From: the human T2T-CHM13v2.0 reference genome, Homo sapiens
Reading direction: 5' to 3' (one strand)
Assembly (NCBI RefSeq): GCF_009914755.1
Contig: NC_060936.1
Length of the DNA: 64,000 nt
The notes under the pieces were generated by a model that saw only the letters and a program-made list of their open reading frames with translations, was not told the DNA's origin and did no database searches. A program made the position numbers and the translations under genes. Position 1 is the stretch's first letter. Each line of letters begins with the position of its first letter. Shown one piece after another: positions 1 to 13,597 of this stretch.

Positions 1-1499
1 AAGGGGAAAAAAATCAATTCCCTTAACCTTACGCTTTTATAATCAAGTGAATACTTGTTGAAGGCTGAGGTGACTTTTATGAATGAAAATACAAGGGGAA
101 AGATTGACCTCAATCCCTTAATCCATTCTACAAATAAACCTTCTTCAAACTTCCTTCATATCCTTGGCTAAAAACCTTCAGTCTGCCCCATTTCCTGCAG
201 TTCTCTCTGCTGCACAGCATCCTGCACTGTGTTACTAGTTTTCTGTCTGTATCCTTCTCTGTGAGGCAGGTTTTGGAGGGCCTATGCTATAGCTAAGTCA
301 TATGTATTCTTGGAACATAGTAGGCACTAAAAAATGTTAGCTGAATGAACCAAAGGTCCTGGCTTGGCATTTAATCACCATCTGGCTCTAATTTCCCCAA
401 AAGCCTCCCTTTCCACTCCTTTAATGCACCCTCTACGAGAGCTGTACCACACATACCACATGCTTTTCCTTATTTCCATCTTTATCCCAATTCTGCTGCT
501 CACCCAACTCTCCCAACCCAGCTCAAATTCTTCCTTATCCACTAGGCCAGCCGGCACCCCGCCTCCCTCCTCTGAACTCCTGTGATTCTTCTCAGTAAGT
601 CACAGGCACAGTCTTGCGGCCCTGTGTGCCTCCTGAGCTTCGCATTGTGCCCACACTCATTGCTGACATTGTGGCCCATCAAATACTGTGCTCTCTGTGG
701 ACAGACTAATCAGGAACCAACATGTTCTTCTCCTCCAGTCTCAGAATACTGTAATTTAACTTTTCAACGTTTTAAAAATCTTTTCTCCTCAGCCAGACTA
801 TAAACTCCTTTGAAGGGCAAAGAATATCAATGTATTTTGATTTCTTTCATTGCCTGGACCTTAAAAAGCTCTCAGTGATCTTTCTGTTCATTTGATATGT
901 CAATATTTTCCTATTTCTCAAACATGTCAATAACTGAATGTAGTGTATCAAACTACTTTACAACAGGCATTTGACAAATGATCATAATGACTGGAATGTG
1001 GATGAAACAGTACATAGGCTTGTAGATGGTCACTGCAAGGCAAGCCCTTGGAGACCACTTGGTCTGACCTCCATTGTTAACAGAAAAGGAAACTGAGGCC
1101 TCTGGAGAAATTGAGCAGTTTTGAAGGCACTCAGTTACCTGGTGGGCGAGCCAGATTATAAACAGGGGTCTCCTCACTGCCAGGAGAGTGCATCTCCAGG
1201 ATGTCATACTGCTTCAATAACCCTAAATGGGACAGTCACATCTGTTTGATCCTGTCTTTAAGAGAGGGCTGTGATATAATAAGTGGTAAGCACTGAAGAA
1301 AGCTATGAGTAGAAGCTTCAAGGGGAGAAAGTGAGTCTAAGATTTTGGCTCCCCAGAGAGTCAAAGGGGGGAGATAGATAACAATCAAGATAGGGTGAGG
1401 CCAGGTTGTAGAGGGCCCTTATACCGTCAGGTGGGGTCTGAACTTGACACAACAGTATAGGGAGCCACCAAAGACTCTGAACATAGGAGTGACATGATG

Positions 1500-2701
1500 T
1501 TAAGTTTCACCTGTACAGGATCTCCATGTCATCAGCTCTAATGGACACTTCGCAGTCATCATAATTGACTTAAAGCATCTAACACAGCTGATCTCTCCTT
1601 GAACTCGCCTCTCGGTTTCGGCTGGTGCCACATTTTACAGAGTTTCCTTCTACCTTTCTTGATGTTCCTTCTCAATGTCTTTGGCAGGCTCCTTTTCTAC
1701 CCTAAATGCTGGAGTTCTTTAGGATTCTGTTGCAGGCTCTGCTTTCCCCTCCCTCTCCTTTCTCCCATAGAGGACCTCATCCACTGCTGTTCAGTGCTAT
1801 GAGTCCCCGATTCATACACCCAGACCAGACGTTTTCTTTGCACTCCAGACCTGTATCATCCGTTGACTGCTTGACAACTCATTTGGGATGTTTCACAGGC
1901 CTCTCATGCTTAACATGTCCAAAACTGAACTCTTCTTCTCTTTAAAAAACACCATCTGCCCAGGTGTTCAGCTCCAACTGGAGTCATCCTTTGATCTGTC
2001 CTTTTCCGTCTACGCTTATCCATCAAAAGTCCCACAGGTTTTACCTCCAGAATAAGTCCACATCCATCTACTTTTCATCTCTGCCGTGATCCTGGTCTAA
2101 ACCACCATCATCTTCTCTTGGGCTGCTGGGATGCCTCCTCACTGGCTACAGACTTGCTCTGTTCTGTGCTCTCCAGAGCAGCCAGAGCTAACTAACTTTG
2201 GAAAATGCAGAGTGGGTATCTCTGTCTCCATCACAAACACGCACCTCTCAGAGCCCTTCCACAGCTCCCCACATGCTTCCTTCATGATCGACCCCTGCCT
2301 CCCTCCCCACCCGCCCTCATCCTGTCCCATGATCTCCACTGTCCCGTTACACTGCCTTTTTTCAGTTCCTCAGATATACTAAGATCTTCTCTGTCCTGTT
2401 ACCTCCACAACTGCTACCAAGAATACACTACTTCTGGCTCTTTGCAAGAGTGGCTGCGTCTTGTCTTTCACTTTGCAGCTTGAATATTATCTTCACAGCC
2501 AGGCCCTGCACAGGTCTCCTCTTCACCCTCCATGACAGCACCTCATCTCCTTAACATTGCAGTGCTTCCCTCATTTTAACTCAGCCTGTGCTTACCTTTT
2601 GCCTGTTCTCCCCAGTAATCCCTGCGTTTTCTTACCTAGGCCAGGCCTGGGCAAATAGTAGATACTCAAATATTTGTTGAGTAGCTAGATAAATGAATGA
2701 A
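1500..2701 (+). mobile_element. L2 3' portion (intron 14)
   Basis: CTTAACATGTCCAAAACTGAACTC; ends CTCAAATATTTGTTGAG...AAATGAATGAA. Confidence 0.7.
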
Positions 2702-4227
2702 CAGCAGATATATAGTAACTGCAGAATGAGGGAAGTCCACACATGGTACTTGCTTAGAAGTAAATAGCAGTTTGTTCCCAAGAACACAATTTCTCTGATT
2801 CTTTCCCCCCCCACTGTCATCAAAACATTGCTTTATTCTCAGTGGGCTGACCCTAAAAGAGATAGTATCCCTCTCCCCACAGCTCTGGGGCCATCTGGCA
2901 GCCACATCTGTCACCCATCCAATCACTGGGCTAATTCAGCTGGCTGGCTAGAGTCATTTTTTTTCCCCCCAGGGAGTCTTCTGTGTCCCTTCTGTGGGGT
3001 CCTTTTGGTCTAAGAATGTGACTTGCTTATTCTAGAATAGGGGGAAAAGTCAGTTACTGAATAATTAAATATAGGCTGCAAATTGTCTTTTTAGGAAACG
3101 TATCACACCTTCTAATTCCAAACCCCCCTAAACTATCCATCAACACCCTTGAGAGATGGCATATCAGAGCTAGAAGGGTCCTAGGAGGTTAGCTAGTTCC
3201 CTGTATGTCACAAGGCTGAGAAGACAAAGGCCCAGAGCATTTACTGACTTACTCAGGGACATCTAGCTGTGTATAACACAAGGCAGAGATATCGTTAGAA
3301 CCCATGTCTCTCAACTGCAGGTCTGGTATTCCCTCCATTGTGCACATCAAACATTTTTGTAACTTTACAAAGAGAAGACATACATTTACCCAGGAGAAGG
3401 CTACGGGATTAACCCTCGCTGACTGGATCTTTAGTTCCACTTCCTTTCATATAGTGTCTTCCTTAGAGTTCCATTTCATAAAGCATGCTACTTGTATCAA
3501 CTGTTAAATCCTTAAGTTACGGTGCTGAAATGTTTCTTGGACTTGTTGCCTCTTTCTCCTCTTTTTTAAAAACATTTGTTTACGTTCTCATGTTCTGCTT
3601 CACAGCTACTACTACATCAACATCCTACTGGGTCTTGCACTCTCCCCTTCTTCCCACAACCTGTATCCTAAAATTTATCCTACTCAGGTACAGAATAGTC
3701 TTCCCTAACCCTGGTTCTGACCATCGCCCATTTTCTCAAAACCTTCCATTTTGCTCCATTGCCTGTAACTCCTAAGCAGGGCACCCAGGTCTTTCCAGTT
3801 AGACTCAAACCTATTTTCTGGCCTTACCTTCTCCCATTCCTTCTCAGATACCCCGTGCCCGGCATGTGAACGCTGGCTCCACACTGCACAGATTCTGGGA
3901 AGTTACTTAACCACTGAGTTTTCTAATGACTTCCTTCTGGGGTCATTAGATATTTGTAAAAAATGTAATGGGGTTCTTTCTACCATGCCACTAAAAGATG
4001 AACACCAAATATAGTCGTAATTTTAATTTACCCTTTAATGCCAGGCTTTCATTAGTATGAAAATACAATCCTCTACTATTTAACCAGATGGAAACTCCCA
4101 TTAAGACAAAAGGTAGGATTCCTGGAATAAATCCTAAAGCACTATTCAAAATGAGGAAAGCTGTATGCATGAAAATGTTTGCTCTAAATGATAACAGTAA
4201 ACGCCAGGGAGATAACCTAAATATTCA

Positions 4228-4584
<357 letters not shown>

Positions 4585-5101
4585 TTACTAAAAGGAACAA
4601 TTCTGAAAAATGTAGAAATAGTTAAAAAAAAAAAAAGTATGTGCAAATACAAAATAAATGTACGTATAAAACTATCACTGTATGTTCAGATAAGGCGTGG
4701 ACATTAACATGGGATACATAAAAGGCGATTTTTTTTTCCTTATTTTTTAAAAACATTTTTGCTTTCGTTCCCTTACTTTGTTGACACTGATAGAAAATGT
4801 GGGGAGAACTCCTGACTAGGAGGACCCTCCATGCACGTCCTGTTTGCTTGGACTGCAGCAGCATGGTCCAGTGGAAAGGACAGGGATGCTGACATCAGAC
4901 AGGCTTGAATCCTGGCTCTACCACTCACAATGTGGTGTGAACACAGGCAGGTATTTAACCTTTCCCAGCCATCGTTACTGCTTCTGTTAAACAGGCTGAA
5001 AAACATGCCTTGGTTTGTGTGGATTAAGCAACAACTCATTTCGTATTCCTAATCAATAATTTGGCTCCACAAAAGCTAGTTTTTCTTTGTCCTTTAGTTA
5101 C

Positions 5102-5190
5102 CTGGGGCATGAGCTTTCTTGTTTTTTTCCAAAACTTGTAATGGGAGTCACTGCTTGCAGAGCGGTCTGATTCAACTTGATCGCGACTGC
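5102..5190 (-). CDS. APPL2: APPL2 exon 14 (AVAIKLNQ...QESSCPS, 89 nt)
   Basis: TAG acceptor; donor CAG|GTAACT. Confidence 0.95.
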
Positions 5191-5285
5191 CTAAAAATCC
5201 ACAGGAAGACACACTCAGTCCCAGGAGGTGGACGCTTACCTTCCAGGTTGAGAAAAGGGCTGAGATGCCGGTGGCTGATAATTAC

Positions 5286-5342
5286 CTCAGGGTTGTCGGT
5301 CAGGTAGATCTGTCTGGAGATGTTGTTTATTGCACATATCCA
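5286..5342 (-). CDS. APPL2: APPL2 exon 13 (WICAINNISRQIYLTDNPE, 57 nt)
   Basis: CAG acceptor; donor GAG|GTAATT; PH C-terminal helix Trp. Confidence 0.96.
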
Positions 5343-5425
5343 CTGTAGAGGACATTAAAAAAGAACACTGAATCCCAAAGTCACCCACCACGTTAGGAAA
5401 GAAATATGACAAACAAAATTTTTAC

Positions 5426-5468
5426 CTCTTCATTTTCCTTTCTGCTCTCAGCCTGGAGGATTATTCCC
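5426..5468 (-). CDS. APPL2: APPL2 exon 12 ([14 protein letters not shown], 43 nt)
   Basis: CAG acceptor; donor GAG|GTAAAA. Confidence 0.95.
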
Positions 5469-5613
5469 CTGAAACAAAAGTGTCTAAGTAATTAAGTGCT
5501 TCCCTGATCTCAGTGACTGGGAATTTCTCTACATAAACTGAACTTAGCTGGGGTGTGGGAGGAAAAGTGCCATGAAGGCAGCATGATGAGAGGGAAAGAA
5601 AATGGGGTTCCAG

Positions 5614-5961
<348 letters not shown>

Positions 5962-6264
5962 TCACTATGTGATCTTGGACAAACATGGCCGTTTCCCTGG
6001 GCCTCAGCATGTTCATCTATGAAATGAGAAGGCGGGACTCGGATCTTCTAGCCCAAATCTGTGTTTGTACAGTGAGATCCACCTGTTGACCTCCTCTAAT
6101 GATCCAAGATGACCAGGACTCCAAGCCCAGCCACTCCTCAAACCATGCCCAAAGAAGGACTTGGCAGCCCATTCACTCCTTTCCCAGAACTGAAAAGTCT
6201 GCTGCGTATGGAGGCCCGGGAATAAGGTAACAGTAATACTGCCCTACCTTTGTGGAGGCGTTAA

Positions 6265-6580
<316 letters not shown>

Positions 6581-6938
6581 GAGGCTTTAACTTTTTAAAG
6601 AGACCCCACATCTGCCAGTTCCCTTGTTCCTCTCATCTGTGGCAGATGGAGTAACATAGATCTTATCCCTATTTTATATCTGAGGAAAGTGAGGCCCAGA
6701 GGAGGTAACTGCAAAGGACCATGATGAGCATCCAGGAATCTCCATTCCCAGGTCATTTCCCATCACCAAAGCAGGAAGGATGAGGTCTAAAGCTGCTCTG
6801 CCAAGCTGGGAGGAGAGACATCATCCCAATGCCGTCCCCACCCCTACCCCTGCTGTTCAGGTCAAATCTTAATAGAATGCAGTCTGAGAAGAGCGGCTCT
6901 GATGACGGGCAGGGCCACTCCTCTCCCCAGGCAGGTGA

Positions 6939-6988
6939 ACCCTGAAGCCCCTCCATGGGACCCTGAAGCCCCTCCATGGGACCCTGAA
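6939..6988 (+). repeat. 21-bp perfect tandem duplication (ACCCTGAAGCCCCTCCATGGG x2.4)
   Basis: Direct reading. Confidence 0.92.
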
Positions 6989-7604
6989 CTCCTTGGAGCA
7001 GTTTAAAAACCACCACTCTGAGAGGGGATCCCACTGGGATGGGATCTACTGTGAATGGCCACAGCCTGCGGATTGGTAAAGTACCACCTCTTTGGGGCCC
7101 CTCAGGTACACAGGACATGTGGGAACAGCCTGGCAGCCGACGATACTGCTGCAGTGGAGTACACTTCTCACAACTCCTGCTTCTGCTGGAAAAATGGCCT
7201 TCTCAGGAAGGTCGTCCTTACCAAAATAGTTACTCTCCCCTGCTGCAATCCAAACACAAATGCTTCTTTACAACAGGCTAGGAGTAGCCACAGCCTTCTC
7301 TCTCTGAGAATCTATGCTAACAAGCACGACTTCTGTTGCTGTCTCACACACGTAGGTCATCTCTTCTCCAAAGCCACAGACAAACCCTCACTTATCTCCA
7401 TATGGGATAAGGCAGGCTGGATCCCTTATGGGTCATGCGGGCTTGTTTAAAGAGAGCAGAAAATCATCCTCCTGAAAGGTCAACAATACCCAGATTGGGG
7501 CCTCTCCCACAGAGGGCTGGCACATAGGAATGAACTAGGAGGCCCTTGGAACGGGTGGAACCACTATACTCATTCTCCTCCCAAATAAAACGCGTGAAAC
7601 ATAC

Positions 7605-7793
7605 GATTTTCCATTGGGCGTGGTGATCTGGAAGCAGTAGCGCCGGTCTTCGCAATCCACGGCCATCACTGAGCAGTTGTCCAGGTCCTGGATCAAACCT
7701 CCAGCCACGGCTCCCCTGGGCTGACACATGAGATTCCCGCCTTGGGTGAAGAAATAAAGCCTCTCCCAGGTGGTGGTGACCAGCCCTGTTTTG
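7605..7793 (-). CDS. APPL2: APPL2 exon 11 (KTGLVTTTWERLYFF...TTPNGKS, 189 nt, phase 2-2; PH domain)
   Basis: CAG acceptor; donor ATC|GTATGT. Confidence 0.97.
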
Positions 7794-9212
7794 CTGTGAG
7801 TTGTGTTTTAAAAAGCCCATTAGTACCAGAAAGCACCAGCGGCCACCTCCAAGTCTTGCTACCTCGTTATGGGTACTGGTGGCATTTTAGAAATAATGTG
7901 TTTCTTTATATCGTTAAAGCAAAACTGCCCATTCAAGTGGAAAGAGCAGCAGAAGGGTACAATTTAGCTGGAATGATCTGGGAGATCATGGGCTCTGCTT
8001 CCAAGGGAGACACCAGTCCCAGGGCCGACTCCCCGCACCACAGCCACATGCTGACTACTAAACCAGGAGATGCAACTAGAATGAGTCCGACACCATTAAG
8101 GACTGAACACCTGGAGAATCATTTCTCTGACACCTGGAGCTGAGCTGCTCTGAATCTAGTCAGGGTTGCCTTAGCCCACAGCACCCACCCCATAGTCCTA
8201 GGAGGCTCTCAACAGACTGGATTTTGCTGTAATTGAAGGTCATTCTTGTTTTGTGGGCAGCTTACAAAAGGAAAATCTAGTTCCTGGCAAATAACGACAG
8301 AACCCGGTAGGTTTTCTACATCTGCAGAACTACAGGGGACATTTAGCTTGTGATCGCTGCAAGTTCACAGACCTTAGAGGTACTCCAGCCTGGTAACAGC
8401 TGGCAGTTCCTCTCCATGGACCCTCCACTGGGGGTTATCAAACACATTTACTTGGCTCAGTATTTACTGAGTAGCAACTATGTCCAAAGGCACTGGGTTT
8501 CCTGCCCCAATAATTTCCCCAAATGGCAACGGCTGACATCTGAGTGCTCACTGCCTGGGAGGGATGACCACATTCAATCTAACTTCGTAAAGCAGGTGCA
8601 GTTATCAGCTCCATTTTACAGATGAAGAGATCAAGGCTCAGCCCAGCTGGGATGTCTGATTCCAAAGTCAGTGCTTTTCACACCACACCATGACAATATC
8701 CTCTCTGCTCACAGAAATACTTAAACCTGATCATCCCTTCCATTCAAAACGGACACTTAAAGACCTGAGTGGTAAATGTGTGACTCAATCAGTATGAATC
8801 GAACTGACTCTAAAAGCCTCCTGACCTTGCCTCTGGCCTTGCAGGTAGGTCTCCAGCACATGGCTCTCATCTGCCAGCTGGTGTGGGGGAAGTGGCATGA
8901 GGGGATAAAAACTGTCAGTGGTCCAGGACGGCAACAGTTAAGAGTGGTCTGTTTGCACATGGCCACAGTGACCAGAGTCCACAGCACCGGGCTCTTAGAG
9001 GACTCGTTTCCAGCCCCATCTCTTAGTGCAGTTTGGCGCCTGGGCCCCAGAGGTTTCCTGTGTTGCAAGTGGGAGGGCTGCTGTGATGGGAGTTCTTCCC
9101 AGTCTCACCCACCCACCTCCCTCTGACTTTAATGAGGCACGTAAGATTGCTTTTCAGCCACCTCTTAGGGAAAACGGATTTCAGAAAAAGAGGCAGACGG
9201 TGGCGTTCTCAC

Positions 9213-9371
9213 TTTCTAAGATTAAGGTAACCAGCCTTCTGGATGAGGTTCCTGTTGATCTGTGGTGCGGCCACATCAGAGTCTGGAGTGTAAACAGATT
9301 CATCAACAGAAAGTAATTCTTGCTGGGACACCCGCATCTTTTCCGCCTCGGCTTCCAGTTCTACCTGAATG
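9213..9371 (-). CDS. APPL2: APPL2 exon 10 (IQVELEAE...AGYLNLRN, 159 nt, phase 2-2; end of BAR, start of PH)
   Basis: AAG acceptor with CTGAC branch-point-like motif ~25 nt upstream; donor AAA|GTGAGA. Confidence 0.95.
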
Positions 9372-9620
9372 CTTAAGACAGAAGGTGTTGGGTCAGTTAC
9401 TCACTGCTGGCCAACCCAGCACTACTAAGAAGCCACTGGCAGCCATCACTCCACCCCCGCAAAGCTTCCGGCCTTACAGATGGAGCTGCCAGCCTCCTAC
9501 AGGGCCACAACCCTCTACCCTTAGGCCCTGAAAACTATGAATCACAGGGACTCAATTTTGCAGTAGTAAATGTGTTTATATGACTGCTGTTTTAAAACAG
9601 AACCTAAGGAATGCCATTGA

Positions 9621-9972
<352 letters not shown>

Positions 9973-10505
9973 TGAACCCAGCTAAACAGTTTTGCTGCTG
10001 ACAGAGGTATCCATGCTCAGCACCGTTGATGGAAATTTTTGGAGAAAAGCTTTGAGAAGCCCATCCTCCAGGGCTGCTCACACAGGCAGCCTAAGCAAGT
10101 TCCATAAAGGAAGGAATGAAATGGTAGTCATGCCTCCCCTGCTCTTGGTTTAGGCAGGAGTGGTGGTGACAGGAAAATGACCAGGAAGTGGTACTAAGGT
10201 GCAACAACAAAGCCAAAGGCAATGCTTTTCCTTTTTTAACAGCCATAGTTCTGCCCTGAGGCTTCATAGGCTAGCAGGCCAAGGGCTGCCCACACAGGGG
10301 TAAGTGGGCGGATGGCCTGGCTCTGGGACATTAGCCCCTGGCTTTCATGGAGGTGTGTGCTGAGGTGTGGAAATGGTGGCTGCCCTTTTCCCCTACTGAG
10401 CTAGACCGCACCAGGCCACCCCACCCAGTAGTGACAGTCTTGGTTACAAAGTCCTAAACACAATCTGCCCAACGGGGCCCATCCATCTGAGAAATCACAA
10501 TTTAG

Positions 10506-11061
<556 letters not shown>

Positions 11062-11549
11062 TAATGCAGCTCGATTTTGGCTTTTCTGACATTTGACTGG
11101 GATGATGAGGGACTCTACCATTGGTGGCCTTAAGACAGGTAAGCTAGAGGACAAACCTCATTAGCTTCGCCTGCTTGTCACTGCCCCGGCTGAGAGAATG
11201 GAACGTGGAAGACCAAGCTCAGCACATAGAACGGGGGAGGAGAGAAGGGGAAGGAGGGACCAAGAGCCTGTCAAGAGCTCAGGGTCAGCTTTTATGGGTG
11301 AGAAACCTCTTTGAAGATGTGATACAAGAGAAGGATCCTGTCCCCAGAAAGACACGGGCACCAACGTGGCTTCTTGCGTACAACTCCAGGAGATTTTTAG
11401 TAGCTGCCCTGCCTTCCCCTCCCCCACCCCACACAGACTCAGGCTCAAACACTGGGAGCTCATCCAAGGTTCCCAGGAACCAAAGGAACAGGGTCAAAAT
11501 TAACTGCTTTCAACTGGTTCTCTTCACAGATAAAACAACAAAAAAAAGC

Positions 11550-11612
11550 ATGTATATATACACACACACACATATATATAAAATTATATATATCTGTTGA
11601 TATATAGATATG
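11550..11612 (+). repeat. (TA)/(CA) microsatellite
   Basis: TATATATACACACACACACATATATATA... Confidence 0.85.
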
Positions 11613-12850
11613 AGCCGCAGAAAGGTAGAACTGTATCACTATAGGGTTAGGGAATAAAGAAAGCTCTGCAGGGTGGCTGGAAACCATGCCACGCTGTCTG
11701 GATTCCCACCACTGGGTTCTGAATCCACCCCCACCTGGAAAGCACAGAGCACCTGTGGCATCATCCCCCGGGGAAGGGCTGCACAGCTTCAGGGCCACCA
11801 CCAGATCCTGCTCTGAGGCCTCCCTGGGTGGGCTGGCTGCTCATGCATGGCAATGCTGCAGCAAAACCATCCCTTGGTTTGGAGAAAAGTGGTCATATTT
11901 ACTCACCAACATGAAATTTAAAATTACAGGAAAAATAGCATTCAAAACAGTACTTTAGCTATCTGAATCAAGTGCTGCAAGGTTCAGTTTGGAAACCCCA
12001 TCAGCTGCCTGTCACCCCATAACTAAATACAGCTTGTCAGACAGAGGGGGTAACTCACAGAACCAGCCCCAGCCTGCACAGAGAAGGCCATGTAGCCCGG
12101 GCGCAGACCCTGACGTTAATGCCCGGGTTGTGGTTCTCTCAGGATGGCTGGTGCTATACTTGGGTTGGCCTAATAATGGTTAATGGAAATGCTGACAAGA
12201 AGGGAAGACAGAGGCTCTAGGATCTGCAGAAAGAGGAAACCATGGCAACTCACACGCATGGGCACAAATGTCCTGCTACCCATTCAGAAAATAATCAGGT
12301 GTGTGAAAAAAATTGAGGCATAGATGGTTCTTCCAGAAACACAGAAGTGCGAGGAATTCTGAGAGTTAAAGCAGGATGAGGAAGAGACAGTGAAAGATGA
12401 GGGACAGAGGATACTTTTACAAAGTGACCATTTAATAGCCTCTCATCTTCTACCTCCTCCTAACATTCCCAGGGGCTAAGAACCAAATAAATTAAAAGGC
12501 AAGAAACTGCAATCAGATTTCACAAGTTGGTTTCTAGCATAATTATAAATAAAAGCTACATCACTCACTGCTGCCAATTATTCAGAGCTAAACAGCTCAG
12601 TGACTTTCAGGTAGGGGTATATGCTCTCAACTTGCTTTGCATCTGTCTCAATGCTCAGCACTGGTTTTTCTTGGGACTGATTATTTTTGGAGCATTTCAG
12701 ATAGACTTCTACCTAGATCAATTCCCTTGTTTAGCCTTCATGAGGTGTGGTGAAATGCAACATCTTCAAGAAAATGAGCAACTTTCTCTTCGTGTATCCA
12801 CATGAAATAAAATTCCTATTCATTATTTCCATTTTGTCTATTTGTCAACT

Positions 12851-12876
12851 ACACACACACACACACACACACACAC
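12851..12876 (+). repeat. (AC)13 microsatellite
   Basis: Direct count. Confidence 0.95.
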
Positions 12877-13514
12877 GGACCTATTTCTGTACTCCAGAAC
12901 TCGTCGCAAGCGCTTGGGAAGCCCATGCTGTGCTCCGGATGGACCAAGCCTGAGGCTGCAGGGGCCGGGGCCCCCCTCAGAGCTCTGTCATGGAAGCTGG
13001 GGAGGGGCGGGTGGCAGGGCGCCCACAGCCTCCAGTTAGTGTGGCAGTTACTCAACTACTGAAGACAGTGATGTTGTATTTCTTAAAATAAGCAAATACA
13101 GTTTTTAAAATTAATTCCAAAAAGGCTCTATCCCTCCTTTACCTATTATAAATTAATGCACTGGTCAGAGTTTCCTGAAAAGTGACAGCACTTCCATCTG
13201 CTACTGCCACGTACTCTCAAAGAAAGTCAAGAGCTCTTCTAAAACCACAGCAAAGCTAAGCTGGGTTCCCAGGCTTGTGACATGTGAAACTCCAATATTC
13301 ACAACAAGAGATCTGGAGAAAACTCTGCCAATGTGCCCCAGATATTTATGAATATTGGCAGCTAAGGCAAGGGCACTGTTAGCGAGCATTTCTGGGGTGG
13401 ACAGAGGCTCTGTGCGACCCTCCACAGTTAGAACCCTCCCCGTGACCTCCCAGAGATGTCAGATCAGCATGAAAGGCAAGGGGCACACAAGACCCGGCCG
13501 GAGTGCAGCATTAC

Positions 13515-13597
13515 CTTTGAACCATGTCTGCAACGGAGGATAAAAAGCTGTCCATACGTTTGGAAAACATCTCTGCTCCCTTCTTAAAAAAGTTAAT
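13515..13597 (-). CDS. APPL2: APPL2 exon 9 (INFFKKGAEM...DMVQS, 83 nt)
   Basis: CAG acceptor; donor AAG|GTAATG. Confidence 0.96.
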
